Position numbers and translations under genes: made by a program
Notes under the pieces: generated by a model
Told to the model about the DNA's origin: nothing
What the model saw: the letters and a program-made list of their open reading frames with translations, nothing else
Database searches by the model: none
Assembly (NCBI RefSeq): GCF_004010195.1
Contig: NC_057719.1
Coordinates: forward strand, 93,507,072 to 93,571,071
Direction: 5' to 3'
DNA length: 64,000 bases
Origin: Chiloscyllium plagiosum
Taxonomy: Eukaryota
In this document: positions 52,086 to 63,100 of the stretch, in pieces
Numbering within the stretch: the first letter of the stretch is position 1
Layout of the letters: each line of letters starts with the position of its first letter

Positions 52086-53399
52086 CATCCTCTGCAGACC
52101 GCTGACTTGGATGGAGCAGAGCTTGATCTATATAGTGCTCTAAGAGGAACAGGCATCACCTCTGAGTTAATGGTTCTCTATGGTGGCTAGTAAATCTGAC
52201 ATAAGTCATCATTTCAGCTGACCGGCACTGCCTTTCATTCACATTCAACTAATGTTCTACTCTGCCCGAGGATAGCACATCGTGTTGGTGAATGCCCACT
52301 GTCCTGGCAGCAGCCACAACTTCATTCAGAAGCAGTCAGCCAATCCTATCATCCTCAGGTCTCGACGTTCAAAGAAAGAATTGGTCTTTCGTATATAGGC
52401 CGTCCCCTTGGTACAAGGCTAAAAAAACCATCCCCTTCACCACTCCACACCGCCAACCAATCACATCAAAATATTCCGTGTGTTCTGATTGCAATGGTGC
52501 CACTGGAAACGTGAGATGGAGCGACACTTCCCGTGTCTGAATGGAAAGTCTGCTCCAAATGCTGAGTAATAGCCTCGAATGGCTGAATGGACTCATTCTG
52601 CCACTGTTTAAAACTCTTGATGGGCTGAATAACCTACTTCAGTGTAGGTGTAGTTGTGAATGTTACTGAACATTTTGGAACCATCAGTGAACAACCCACA
52701 TCTGATTTTATGATGGAGGGCGGGCCCTTGATGCTGCAGCTGCTGATAGACCACAGTGCCTCATGGATGCCCAGGTTCCATTTGCTGTGCCCTTTAGAAG
52801 TATGCCCTACTTCACAGGACGTAATGCCACATAACGCGGTGGGCAGGACGTTCAATGTGACTCTGAGACTTTCCCTTTTCCAGGACTGTTTACTGACTGG
52901 TCCTCGAGATACTTTTAGTGACAGATACATCTGTAAAAAGTAGTTTGGTGAGAACGCTTCCCAATTGTTGGTTCCACCATCACTTTCCACAGTCTGGCTG
53001 CTGCGTATTTGAGGCCTCGCCCTGTTCTATTAGTGGTGAGCCTGCAGCGACACTGTTGGTGATGTTCATTGAGGTCCTACACCCGGAATACGTTCTGTCC
53101 CCTTGTCACATTCAGTGCTTCTTCTGACTTGTTTTCAACATCGAGGGGAATTGACTTGTTACCAAGGGGTGGCGTAGAGATCAGTAGATTTTCATCATCA
53201 GGGAATTTTCGAGTTCTGATTTCAGTGTTGGGCAATTACAGGGTAGCTCCTTCCCTGAATGTATCCCAAGGGTGTCTCGAACACTGGGTCTGTTGTGCGG
53301 ATGGGACAGGCTATGCCGAGGGATGGTAATGGGGCTTCATGAATCACTACCAATCAGGTCTGATTCTGTAAGTGTGACCCTGTCCGACTATTTCATCAT

Positions 53400-54795
53400 T
53401 TGGCGCGTGCTGCTGGAAAAGCAAAATAGGAAAGTCAGCATCTGAGGACAAGGCCAATAGACGTTACGAGAATTAGCCCTTCATCAGGAATGAAACTTGT
53501 GAGTTGGGAGGGGGGGAGGTGAGTGATAAATGGGAGGGTTTGGGGCTGGGGGAAGGTAGATCTCAATACCATAGGTCGATGAAGGTGGAGATAATGGCTA
53601 CAGGTCGAAGAGGAGGATAGATGGGAAAGTTGATGGACAGGTCAAGAGAGTGGTGCTGAGTTGGAAGCTTGGCACTGGGCAAGGTAGGTCGAGGGGAAAT
53701 GGGGAGACTGGTTAAATGTGCTTTGATCCCGTGTGGTTGCAGGGTCCCTCAGCAGAAGAATTTACATTCTTCCTCCAAGCATTGTGTGGTTTGGGTTTGG
53801 CGATGGAGAAGTCCCAGGATCTGCGTGTTGTTGATGGAGTGGGAGGAGGAGTTAAAGTGTTCAGCCACGGGGCGTATTTGTTGGTTGGTGTGGTGCTCCA
53901 CAGATCGTCTCTGAACTGATCCACAATTTGGTGTCCAGTCTCCCAGAGGTAGAAGAGATAGCCTCGGGTGCAACTGATACAGTCGATGATGTGTTTTGAG
54001 TTACAAGTAAATTTCTGTCGGATGTGGAAGGATCATTTGGGGCCTTGGATGGAGATGCGAGGAGAGATGTGATCGCAGGGCTTGTACTTACTGCAGTGGC
54101 AGGGGAAGTTGCTAGGAGTGGGATGAGGGCTGGTGGCATGCGTAGATCTGACGAGGGAGTCGCAGAGATAATGATCTCTCTGGAATGCAGATAGTAGTGG
54201 GGGAAGGAAATATATCGCGAGTGGTGGAGTCTGTTTGTTGGTGATCAAAATGGCGAGGATGATGCGATGTATAGGAAGTTTGGTGGGGTGGAAGGCCAGG
54301 ACCGGCATTCTGTCCTTCTTCTTATGCGATGGATGGCGTTCGAGGGTGAAGGTGGGGCAAGTGGAGGAGATGCACTGGAGGGCAAAATCAACCACTGGAC
54401 GGGGATGGGAATTGAGATCTGCGAAGAAGGACGACATTTGCGATTTTCTAAAGTGCAATTGGTCATGCTGGGAAAAGATGCAGCAGAGGTAGAGGATTTG
54501 GCAATAAGGGCTGCACTTTTTACAGGAGGTAGTGAGGGAGAAGGCGTAGTTCAGGTAGCTGTTGGAGTCAGTGGGCTTGTAGTAGATGACTGTATTCAAA
54601 CGGACTCCGGAAATGGAGTTGGGGAGGTCCAGGAAGGGAGGGACGTGCCCGAGATGGCGCAGGTGAACGTGAGATCAGAATGGAAGGTATTGTTGGACCT
54701 TTCAACCTCATCCTGAGAGCGCAAGGTGGCGCCGATACAGTCATCGATGTAAGAGAGGAAAATGTGGGGAATGGTGTGAGCATAATTGCAGAAGG
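53400..54795 (-). mobile_element. PLE fragment: RT (YIDD motif), GIY-YIG region and terminal repeat
   Basis: Minus-strand ORFs FLSYIDDCIG and IYYKPTDSNSYL. Terminal CTGATGAAGGGC…GTAACGTC at 53456-53491. Confidence 0.88.
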
Positions 54796-54796
54796 T

Positions 54797-55092
54797 TTCC
54801 CGGAACATTGTATACACAGCATTGCACAACTGACATTTCCTGGAACATTCCGTAGCCAACATTTTTTTAACTGTCAGTGCCTGGAATATTCTGTTCCCAA
54901 CATTCTGTAATTGACATTCCCTGGAATATTCTGTATCCTACATTCTATAACTGCTATTCCCCAGAACCTTTTGTATTCAACATTCTATATCTGGCATTCC
55001 CTAGAATATTCTGCACCTAAAATTCAATAACTGACGTTCCCCGGAACATTCTGTAAGTAGATTCCCCCGGAACATACTATTGCTGACATTAC
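54797..55092 (+). repeat. ~40-bp minisatellite, ~7 copies
   Basis: Unit approx. AACTGACATTCCCTGGAACATTCTGTATCCAACATTCTGT. Confidence 0.88.
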
Positions 55093-55321
55093 TTGTGAAC
55101 AGGGGCAATGTTAGACTGGTGCAGGAAGAGCATAGCAGGTCAAGCAGCATCCGAGGAGTAGGGAAATCTACATTTCGGGAAGGAACGTCAATTTTCCTGA
55201 TTCTCGGATGCTGCCTGACTTGCGGTGCTTTTCAGCACCACAATAATCGTGACTCTGATCTTCAGCATTTGCAGTCCTCACTTTCGCCATTATTTGTGGA
55301 CGGCCGGACATCAGTGAATTG

Positions 55322-56225
55322 ACATTTTGGATGTAAGCTTTCTCGCTGAGCTGGAAGGTTCAATTCCAGACGTTTCATCACCCTACTAGCTAACATTTTC
55401 ATTGGGCATCAGGTGAAGCACTGTTGAAATTTCCTGCTTTCTATTTATATGTTTGGGTTTCTTTGGGTTGGTGATGTCTTTCATGTCGTGATGTTATTTC
55501 CTGTGGTGAAGTGACTTCCTGTTCCTTTTCTCAGGGGGTGTTAGATGGTGTCTAACTCGATGTCTTTGTTGATAGATTTCTGATTTGAATGCCATGGGAA
55601 TTCTCGTTCCCATGCCATATCCCTCGGCATCATGGTAGCCCTGAACCCCACCAACACAATAAAACAGCAGAAAATGAACTTGAAAGACCCTTTACAGACA
55701 ACTAGCAAAAGTAATGTAATTTACAAAATACTGGGCAAGGACGTAACAAACATTTCATTGGACCAAGAGACAGAAAACTAGTCACCAAGACACATGAACA
55801 CCAATTAGCCACAAAAAGACATGACCCTCTCTCACCAGTATCCTCACTTACGGAAGAGGAAGGACACCACTTCGACTGGGGGGACAACACATTCATCCTA
55901 GAACAAGCCAAAGGCACGCACGAGAATTCCTAGAAGCATGGCATTCCAACTGTAACTCTATCAACAGACACATCGAGTTAGAGCCCATCTACCACCGCCT
56001 GAGAAAAGGAACAGGAAGGGAATTCATCACAGGAACTGACATCACCAACTGAAAGAATCCCAAACATATAAATAGAAAGCAGGAATTTTCAGTAGTGCTT
56101 CGCCTGAGGTCCACTGAACCTGTTACCTAGTAGTGTGACAAAACGTTTGGAAATGAATCTTCCAGCTCAGCGAGCAGACCTGCGTCCAAAACCTCAACCT
56201 GTGCTGCAAATCTTCTCAAAACTCG
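55322..56225 (+). mobile_element. PLE 3' fragment flanked by an inverted copy of its own 3' end
   Basis: 55325-55615 is the reverse complement of ~55920-56200. The middle encodes GIY-YIG (KHFIGPRDRKLVTKTHEH). Confidence 0.85.
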
Positions 56226-56517
56226 ATCAGTGAATTGAACTCATAATAAGATCTGAAGGGAATAGATCCCATTCCGGGCAGAAGGAGACACTGTTCCGAA
56301 GACCTCTCAGACATTTAAAGGGATGAATTCATTTTCACTGCTTTTACATTTGTTCATGACACAGGATCGACCGCAATTGAGATAAAGACAGAAATTTCAA
56401 AACTACATTTGCCTTCAAGGAACTGGGAGAGAATCCTTCAGGACAGCCACGTTTTCAGCCTCCACATTAGGAACTGGAACAAAAGTGATCTGTGCCTGCT
56501 CCCGAGGGATTGAATGT

Positions 56518-56793
56518 TACTAGATTACAAACAGTGTGAAAACAGGTCCTTCATCCCAACAAGTCCACACCAACCAGCCGAAGCACAACCCAATCAGACC
56601 TATTCCCCTAACACTACGTGCTAGTTAGCATGGCCAATTCACCTAACCAGCGCATTTTTATAGATTGTGGGAGGAACCCACTCAGACACGGGGCAAATGT
56701 GCAAACTCCACACAGAGAGTCACCTGAGACGGGAATTAAACCGGTCTCTAGCGCTGTGAGGCACTAGTGCTAGCCATTGTGCCACCGTGCTGC
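56518..56793 (-). mobile_element. HE1/V-SINE-like SINE with internal deletions
   Basis: Reverse complement of the GGCAGCACGGTGGCACAATGGCTAGCAC head and SINE body. Confidence 0.85.
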
Positions 56794-57054
56794 CAAGCGT
56801 GAAAGGGCGTGAATGCTGCAGAAACCATTGGTGAATGTGGATGTGCATCTGTGTGTTTGGTGAGGGAGGATTTATTTTCATTTTTGACATATGTTTTGTC
56901 AGTAATTCAACATTCTCTTTCATTATTCCTGCTCCAATAAGTTGAATAAATTTCTGAATACAGTGACACGTTTTGAAAATCTCACTGGGTCCTCAGTCAA
57001 ACTGTTTTTTGTCTCTAGGCTGATGGATAATCCGTTTATTTTTCTTGCTCACAG

Positions 57055-57965
57055 TTAACGTAGTGACGTTCTACGTCCTGCTTTATAAAGATTGCGGATT
57101 GTCTCCATGTGTTAGACGGTACCTGGGAGCCATGGCAGCGGCAGATCTACTGGTCATTATCCTCGACCTGATACTGAGACACATTCCCATTGTTTATCTG
57201 AACCAGCTTTATTTCTTGTTACTCTCCATCCCCGTGTGTAATATCCACGCCGCCCTGCTTTATGCAGCCACTGACTGTTCTGTCTGGTTCACTGTCATTT
57301 TCACCTTTGATCGGTTTGTGGCCATTTGTTGCCAGAAGCTGAAAAGTAAATATTGCAGTGAGAAAACGGCGGCTGTGGTTCTGGGAGTAGTGACTGTGCT
57401 GAGCTGTTTAAAGAATATTTTCTGGTATTTTATACTCAAACCTTATTATTACCTGGAAAACCTCACTTGGTTTTGTGTTGCAACAGTTGCTGTTCTATTA
57501 TCCCCTGTCTGGGTCACGATCGAGTTTCTCCACAACATTTTAACCCCAGGTGTCCCGTTTCTCCTTATTCTGCTGCTCAATGTTCTCACCGTCAGACATA
57601 TTTTAGTGACCAGCAGAGCCCGCAGGAGACTCCGCGCTCACACCAATGGGGACGCTCAGTCTGACACTGAAATGAGAAACCGAAAAAAATCAACCACTTT
57701 ACTGTTTATGATCTCGGCCAATTTCATCCTGTTATGGTCAGTGTTAATGGTGTATTCTATATGGCGACGCATGTGGAACATTGGGTTTTACGCTGTGTAT
57801 ATTTATGATTTTGTGCGGGAATTGGGCTTCATGCTGCAGCTCCTCAGTTGCTGCACAAACACCGTGATTTATGCTGTGACCCAGACTAAGTTCAGACAGC
57901 AGCTGAAGAATATGCTGAAATATCCCTTTACCCAAATTCAGCAATCAATTAAGTTCATTCATTAA
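57055..57965 (+). CDS. Main coding exon (exon 2) of a class A GPCR, GPR139/GPR142-like orphan receptor
   Basis: ORF 57045-57965 is uninterrupted and has hydrophobic TM segments: YLGAMAAADLLVII (TM2), C..AATDCSVWFTVIFTFDRFVAIC (TM3, DRF), PGVPFLLILLLN (TM5), LLSCCTNTVIY (TM7 NxxxY). It has no ATG start. A polypyrimidine tract plus acceptor (ttttcttgctcacAG) ends at 57054, and the exon begins in phase 1 (xTT AAC = V-N of TM1). Family assignment is by recall of motif style, not a database search. Confidence 0.9.
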
Positions 57966-58152
57966 ATCAGTCCATCCGTGATTTTCTCATTTCAGTTCAG
58001 TTTATCAGCGAAGAAGCACCATGTTGCACTGCTTTTCCAGCCTTATCCCACAAGGGTGTTACAGGAAGAGATTACAATATTTCTCTCAAGTCAGGGGCCA
58101 TTCAGAACAGACACCATCCCACTGACTGTATCTTTCACTTCAATTTGTAAAA

Positions 58153-58172
58153 AATAAAAAATGATCATTAAA
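58153..58172 (+). promoter_or_regulatory. Candidate polyadenylation signals of the GPCR gene (AATAAA, ATTAAA)
   Basis: AATAAA at 58153-58158 and ATTAAA at 58167-58172, ~190 nt after the stop codon, followed by a GT/T-rich tract at ~58200. Confidence 0.5.
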
Positions 58173-58429
58173 TACGTGACAAGCAGCAGAATGAATGATA
58201 TTGTTGTTTGTCTTTGTGTTGAAGAAGTTGAGCTGGAGAGATACAGATGTAGCCCCATGTCCTGGTCCTCACGGTAAAGGAGAGGAACGAAGTCCGGGCT
58301 CAGGTGTTGGATTTAAGTCCCTCTGTCCTTGCATTCAACTCTGGGTCCCTCCACTCTGAAATGGTCATCGGTAGAATTCATCTCCTAACACATATACCCC
58401 AATCTCCACTCAAAAATATCCATCTCTCG

Positions 58430-60150
58430 CACCATTGCTCGCTGTCCCTCTGGCCGCCCTGCCACCTGTCTTCCACTCTGTCCCCAATTCCTCTCCCTCT
58501 CTCTCGCTGCACATTCTCTCTTTCTCACCATCTCTCCAGTTCACTCACTCACTTTCCTCTCTTTCTTTCTCTCTCACACAAACACACACACACTCACACG
58601 TACACACCCGCAGGTTGCTCCACCCGCTTCCACTCTTCTCTGTCTCCCCAAAATTCACTCTCACTCTTCCGGTGTCTTTGTCTCCCTCCCGCCATACTGT
58701 CTCTCTCTTATTTTCTCCCTCTTCCGAACACCCACATCTCTCTGACTTATTTCCTTCTCTCAAGCCTCTCCAATTCCCGAACAGCTCTTGAACCGAGGGT
58801 GAATGAAAGACCAGTGAGAAAGAATGTGCCAGTTCGGGAGGGAGGGAAGGACAGACGGAGAGAGATTCAGTCTGAGGGAAAGGGAGGGTTCATAACGGGA
58901 GAGTCAAAGGGGGAGGGAGGGAAAGGGAGCGGAACAGCGAGAGTGGAAGAAGAGATAGTGCGGAGGAGACTGAGTAAGGGAGAGAGTGTGGAGTTGTGAG
59001 AGAGTGTTGAGAAGAGAGAGCGAGTGGGAAGAGTCAGAGTGCATAGACGGGAAAGAGAGAGAGTTAGAGGAGGCAGATAAGGAAAAAAGAGAGTTGGAGG
59101 GAAGAGAGTCGGGGGTAGTGAGGAGAGTGGGGAGGGCATGAGAGCTGGGTAGAGAGAGAGAGACTGAGGTAGACTGTGTGGTATAGACAAGGGTAGGGAG
59201 AGAATGGGTGGGAAGGCGAGAGATAGTGGCGGAGGAGAGAGTATGGGAGAGAGATTGGGACAGATAAAGAAAGATGGGGTACAGAGAGACTGTGCGGGTT
59301 GAGAGAGTGTTGGGAGAAAGAGAGTGAACTGTAGAGACAGAGATTGCGGACAGAGAGAGTGGGGAGGAGAGAGAGAGAGTGGGGAGAGAGAGTGTGTGTG
59401 CGAGAGAGAGTGAGGGGGAGAGAGAGTGTTTGGGTGTGAGAGAGGGAGAGAGTATGTGTGTGTGAGAGAGAGAGGGAGAGAGAGGGGGAGACATAGAACA
59501 TAGAACATAGAACATAGAAAAATACAGCGCAGTACAGGCCCTTTGGCCCTCGATGTTGCGCCGATCCAAGCCCACCTAACCTAAACTAGCCCACTATCCT
59601 CCATATGCCTATCCAATGCCCGCTTAAATGCCCATAAAGAGGGAGAGTCCACCACTGCTACTGGCAGGGCATTCCATGAACTCACGACTCGCTGAGTAAA
59701 GAACCTACCCCTAACATCTGTCCTATACCTAACCCCCGAGACAGAAAAAGAGTTGGGAGAAAAGTGGAGAGTGGAGGAGAGGGAGTGTGATGGGCACAGA
59801 GAGGAGGGTTTAGAGATAAATGGGGAAGAGAGAGTGGGAGGGCAGAAAGAGAGAGTTTGTTGGACGAGAGTCAGGGAGAAAATTTTTGGGGCGAGAGAAA
59901 TGGAGAGTTGGAGAGAGCTTGGGAGGAGATTGACAGCTAGGCAGAGAGACCGAGATAGCGGAAGAGTGGGAGACACAAAGAGAGAGGGGGAGTGTGAGAG
60001 AGTGAGAGAGATAGATTTGGAGGAGAGAGACGAGGGAAAAGACAGAGAGTGGAGAGAGTGAGCGAGAGTGGGAGGGAATGAGAGCTGTGGTAGATTAAGA
60101 GAGTATGCTGGCGACAATCAGAGGAGAGAGAGGGAGAGAACAGAGAGAAT
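58430..60150. repeat. Low-complexity CT-rich tract (58430-58790) followed by GA-rich tract (58830-60150)
   Basis: Degenerate (CT)n switching to (GA)n. The overlapping long ORFs are S/L/P- or E/R/G-biased artefacts. Confidence 0.9.
59491..59735 (-). mobile_element. Young-looking 5'-truncated CR1 3' end
   Basis: Perfect (TTCTATG)4 tail and DVRGRFFTQRVVSSWNALP C-terminus. Confidence 0.9.
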
Positions 60151-60151
60151 G

Positions 60152-63100
60152 GAACATAGAAAAATACACACAGAACAGGACCTTTAGCACATGACGTTGT
60201 GCCGAGATTTAATCCTAATGTAAAATGTAATAACTTCATCTACACACCCCTCAAATCACTGCTATTCACGTGCATGTCCAACAGTCGATTAAATATCCCT
60301 AATAAGTCTGCTTCCACCACCACAGTTGGCAAAGCATTCCATGCATTCACAATTCTCTGAGTAAAGAACCTACCTCTGACGACTCCTTTATACATTGCAC
60401 CTAATAACTTCAAACCATGACTTCTCGTACTAGTCAACCCTGCACTGGTGAAAGGTCTCTGGCTGTTGACTCTACCAATTCCACTCATTATCTTGTATAC
60501 CTCGAACAGGTCTCCCTTCTTCCTCCATCTCTCGAGAGAAACGTCGGAGCTTACTCAACCTTTCTTCATAAGACAAGCTCTCCATTCCAGGCAGCATCCT
60601 GGTAAACTTTCTTTGCACCCCTTCCAAAGCCTTTGTATCTTTCCTATAGTAGGGCGACCAGAACTGGACACAATTTTCCAAGTGTAGTCTCACCAGGGGC
60701 TTGTAGAGCTGTAGAAAAACCTCACGGCTCATAAACCTGATCCCCCCTTTTAATAAAGCCAAAATGCCAAATGCTTTCTTAACAACGCTATCCAATTGGT
60801 GACACCTTTGAGGGATCTATGTACTTTCACATGCAGATCCCTCTGTTCCTTGGCACTGCCGAGAATCGTATCTTTAAACCTATATTCACCATTCGAGTTC
60901 GACCTTCCAAAATGCATCACTTCACATCTATCCAAGTTGAACTCCATCTGCCAATTCTCAGTCCAGCTCTGCATCCTGTCTATGTCACGCTGCAGCCTGC
61001 AGTAGCCTATATTATCGACGACACCTCCAACCTTTCTGTCATCCGCAAATTTACTAACACACCCCTCAACCTTGTCATCCAAGTCATTTATAAAACTACA
61101 AAGAGCAGATGCCCAATAACAGAGTCCGGTGGGACCCCACTCAACACTGACCTCCAGGCAGAATACTTTCTATGTACACCATTCTGTCAGTCAGCCAGTT
61201 CTGAATCGAGACCGCCAAATCTCCCTGTATCCCATAATTCCTGAGTTTATGAATGAGCCTACCATGGGGAAACTTATCAATTGCCTTGCTGAAGTCCCTA
61301 TATACCATATCCACTGCTCAACCTTCGTCGACCTGTCTTGTCACCTGTTCAAAGAACTCAATAAGTTTTGTGAGGCATGACCTGCCCCTCACAAAGCCAA
61401 GCTGACTGTCTATAATCCCATCATGTTTTGCCAAATAGCCATAAATCCAATCCCTCAGAATTCTTTCCAAACCTTTACTGACCACAGACGCAAGACTTAC
61501 TGGTCTGTAATTGCAAGGAATTTCTCTATTGCCCTTCTTGAAAAGGGAAACAACATGTGCCTCCTTCCAATAATCCGGTGCGATTCCCATGGAGAGTGAG
61601 GAGGCTAATATCCTCGCCAGCGTCTCAACAACCTCCTTTCTCGCTTCCCGGAGCAGTGTAGGATAAATCTAGTCTGGCCCTGGGCACTTATTAATCTTAA
61701 TGCTTCCAAAAATTTCCAGAGCATCAACTTCATCAATCTTGATCTGGTCAAGACTGTATCCCAGCTTCTCGAAGTATTCATTCACAACAGGCTCCCTTTC
61801 TTTGTTGAAAACCGAAGCAATAAACTCATTTAGGGTTTCCTTATCGACTCAGACTGCATGTACAAATGCGTCCACTATCTCTGATCGGCCCTCCCTTATC
61901 ACTGATCATCATTCTCTTGTTCCTCACGTTTGAGTAAAATGCCTTTGGGTTCTCCCTATTCCTAATTGTGAAACCTTTTTCGTGCCTATCCTGGCTCTCC
62001 TCAGTCCATTTCTGAGCTCCTTTCTCGCAAGCCTGTAATCCTATAAATCTGTGCTAGAATCTTGCTTCCTCCACCTTAACTAAGTTGCCTTCTTCCTTTT
62101 GACTGGAAGCTCCTCTGTCCACGCCATCAAAGATTCCTTAATCTTACCGCTTCTTACATGTCTCAGAGGAACAAATTCGTGCATCATTCGCAACAACTGC
62201 CCCTTCAGTAATCTCCACATGCTTGCTGTGCCCTTTCTGTGGAACAATTGCTCCCAAATTTCCCAAATCCTGTCTGATAGCGTCATAATTTCATTTTCCA
62301 CAATTAAATATCTTCCCTCGCTAACTATCCATTCACTCTCCAAGGCTTTGATAAATGTGAGGCGGTTGTGATCACTGTCACCAAAATTAGATTAGATTAG
62401 ATTACAGTGTGGAAACAGGCCCTTCGGCCCAACAAGTCCACACCGACCCGCCGAAGCGAAACCCACCCATACCCCCACATTTACCCCTTACCTAACACTA
62501 CGGGCAATTTTAGTATGGCCAATTCACCTGACCCTGCACATTTTTGGACTGTGGGAGGAAACTGGAGCACCCGGAGGAAACCCACGCAGACACGGGGAGA
62601 ACGTGCAAACTCCACACAGTCAGTCGCCTGAGGCGGGAACTGAACCCGGGTCTCTGGCACTGTGAAGCAGCAGTGCTAACCACTGTGCCACCGTGCCGCC
62701 CACAAAATGGTCTCCCACGGCGAGATCCGACACCTGTCCTGGCTCGTTGCAGAGCACCAAATCCAAAATGGCCTTTCTCCTCGTCCGTCTGTCGACATAC
62801 TGAGTAAGGAAACCCTCCTGAACACACCTGACAAAATTGGCTCCAAACGAACCATCTGCGCTTAGGAGGTTCCAGTCGATATTTGGAAAGTTAAAATCAC
62901 CCGTAACCACAACGCTGCTACTTCTGCATATTTGCAGTATTTGTTTGCCTATGAGTTCTTCAATCTCTCAACTGTTATTGGGTGGCCTTTAGAAAATCCC
63001 CAATGCTGTGGCTGTTCCTTTGCTGTTCCTAATGTCCACCCAAACTGACTCAGGAGACAAACCTTCCTCAATAACCTTCGTTTCTATAGCTGTGATGCAC

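Noticed and set aside
58304..60117. Long ORFs of 178-231 aa
   Set aside because: They are translations of CT/GA low-complexity sequence plus a CR1 tail, with no domain signal.
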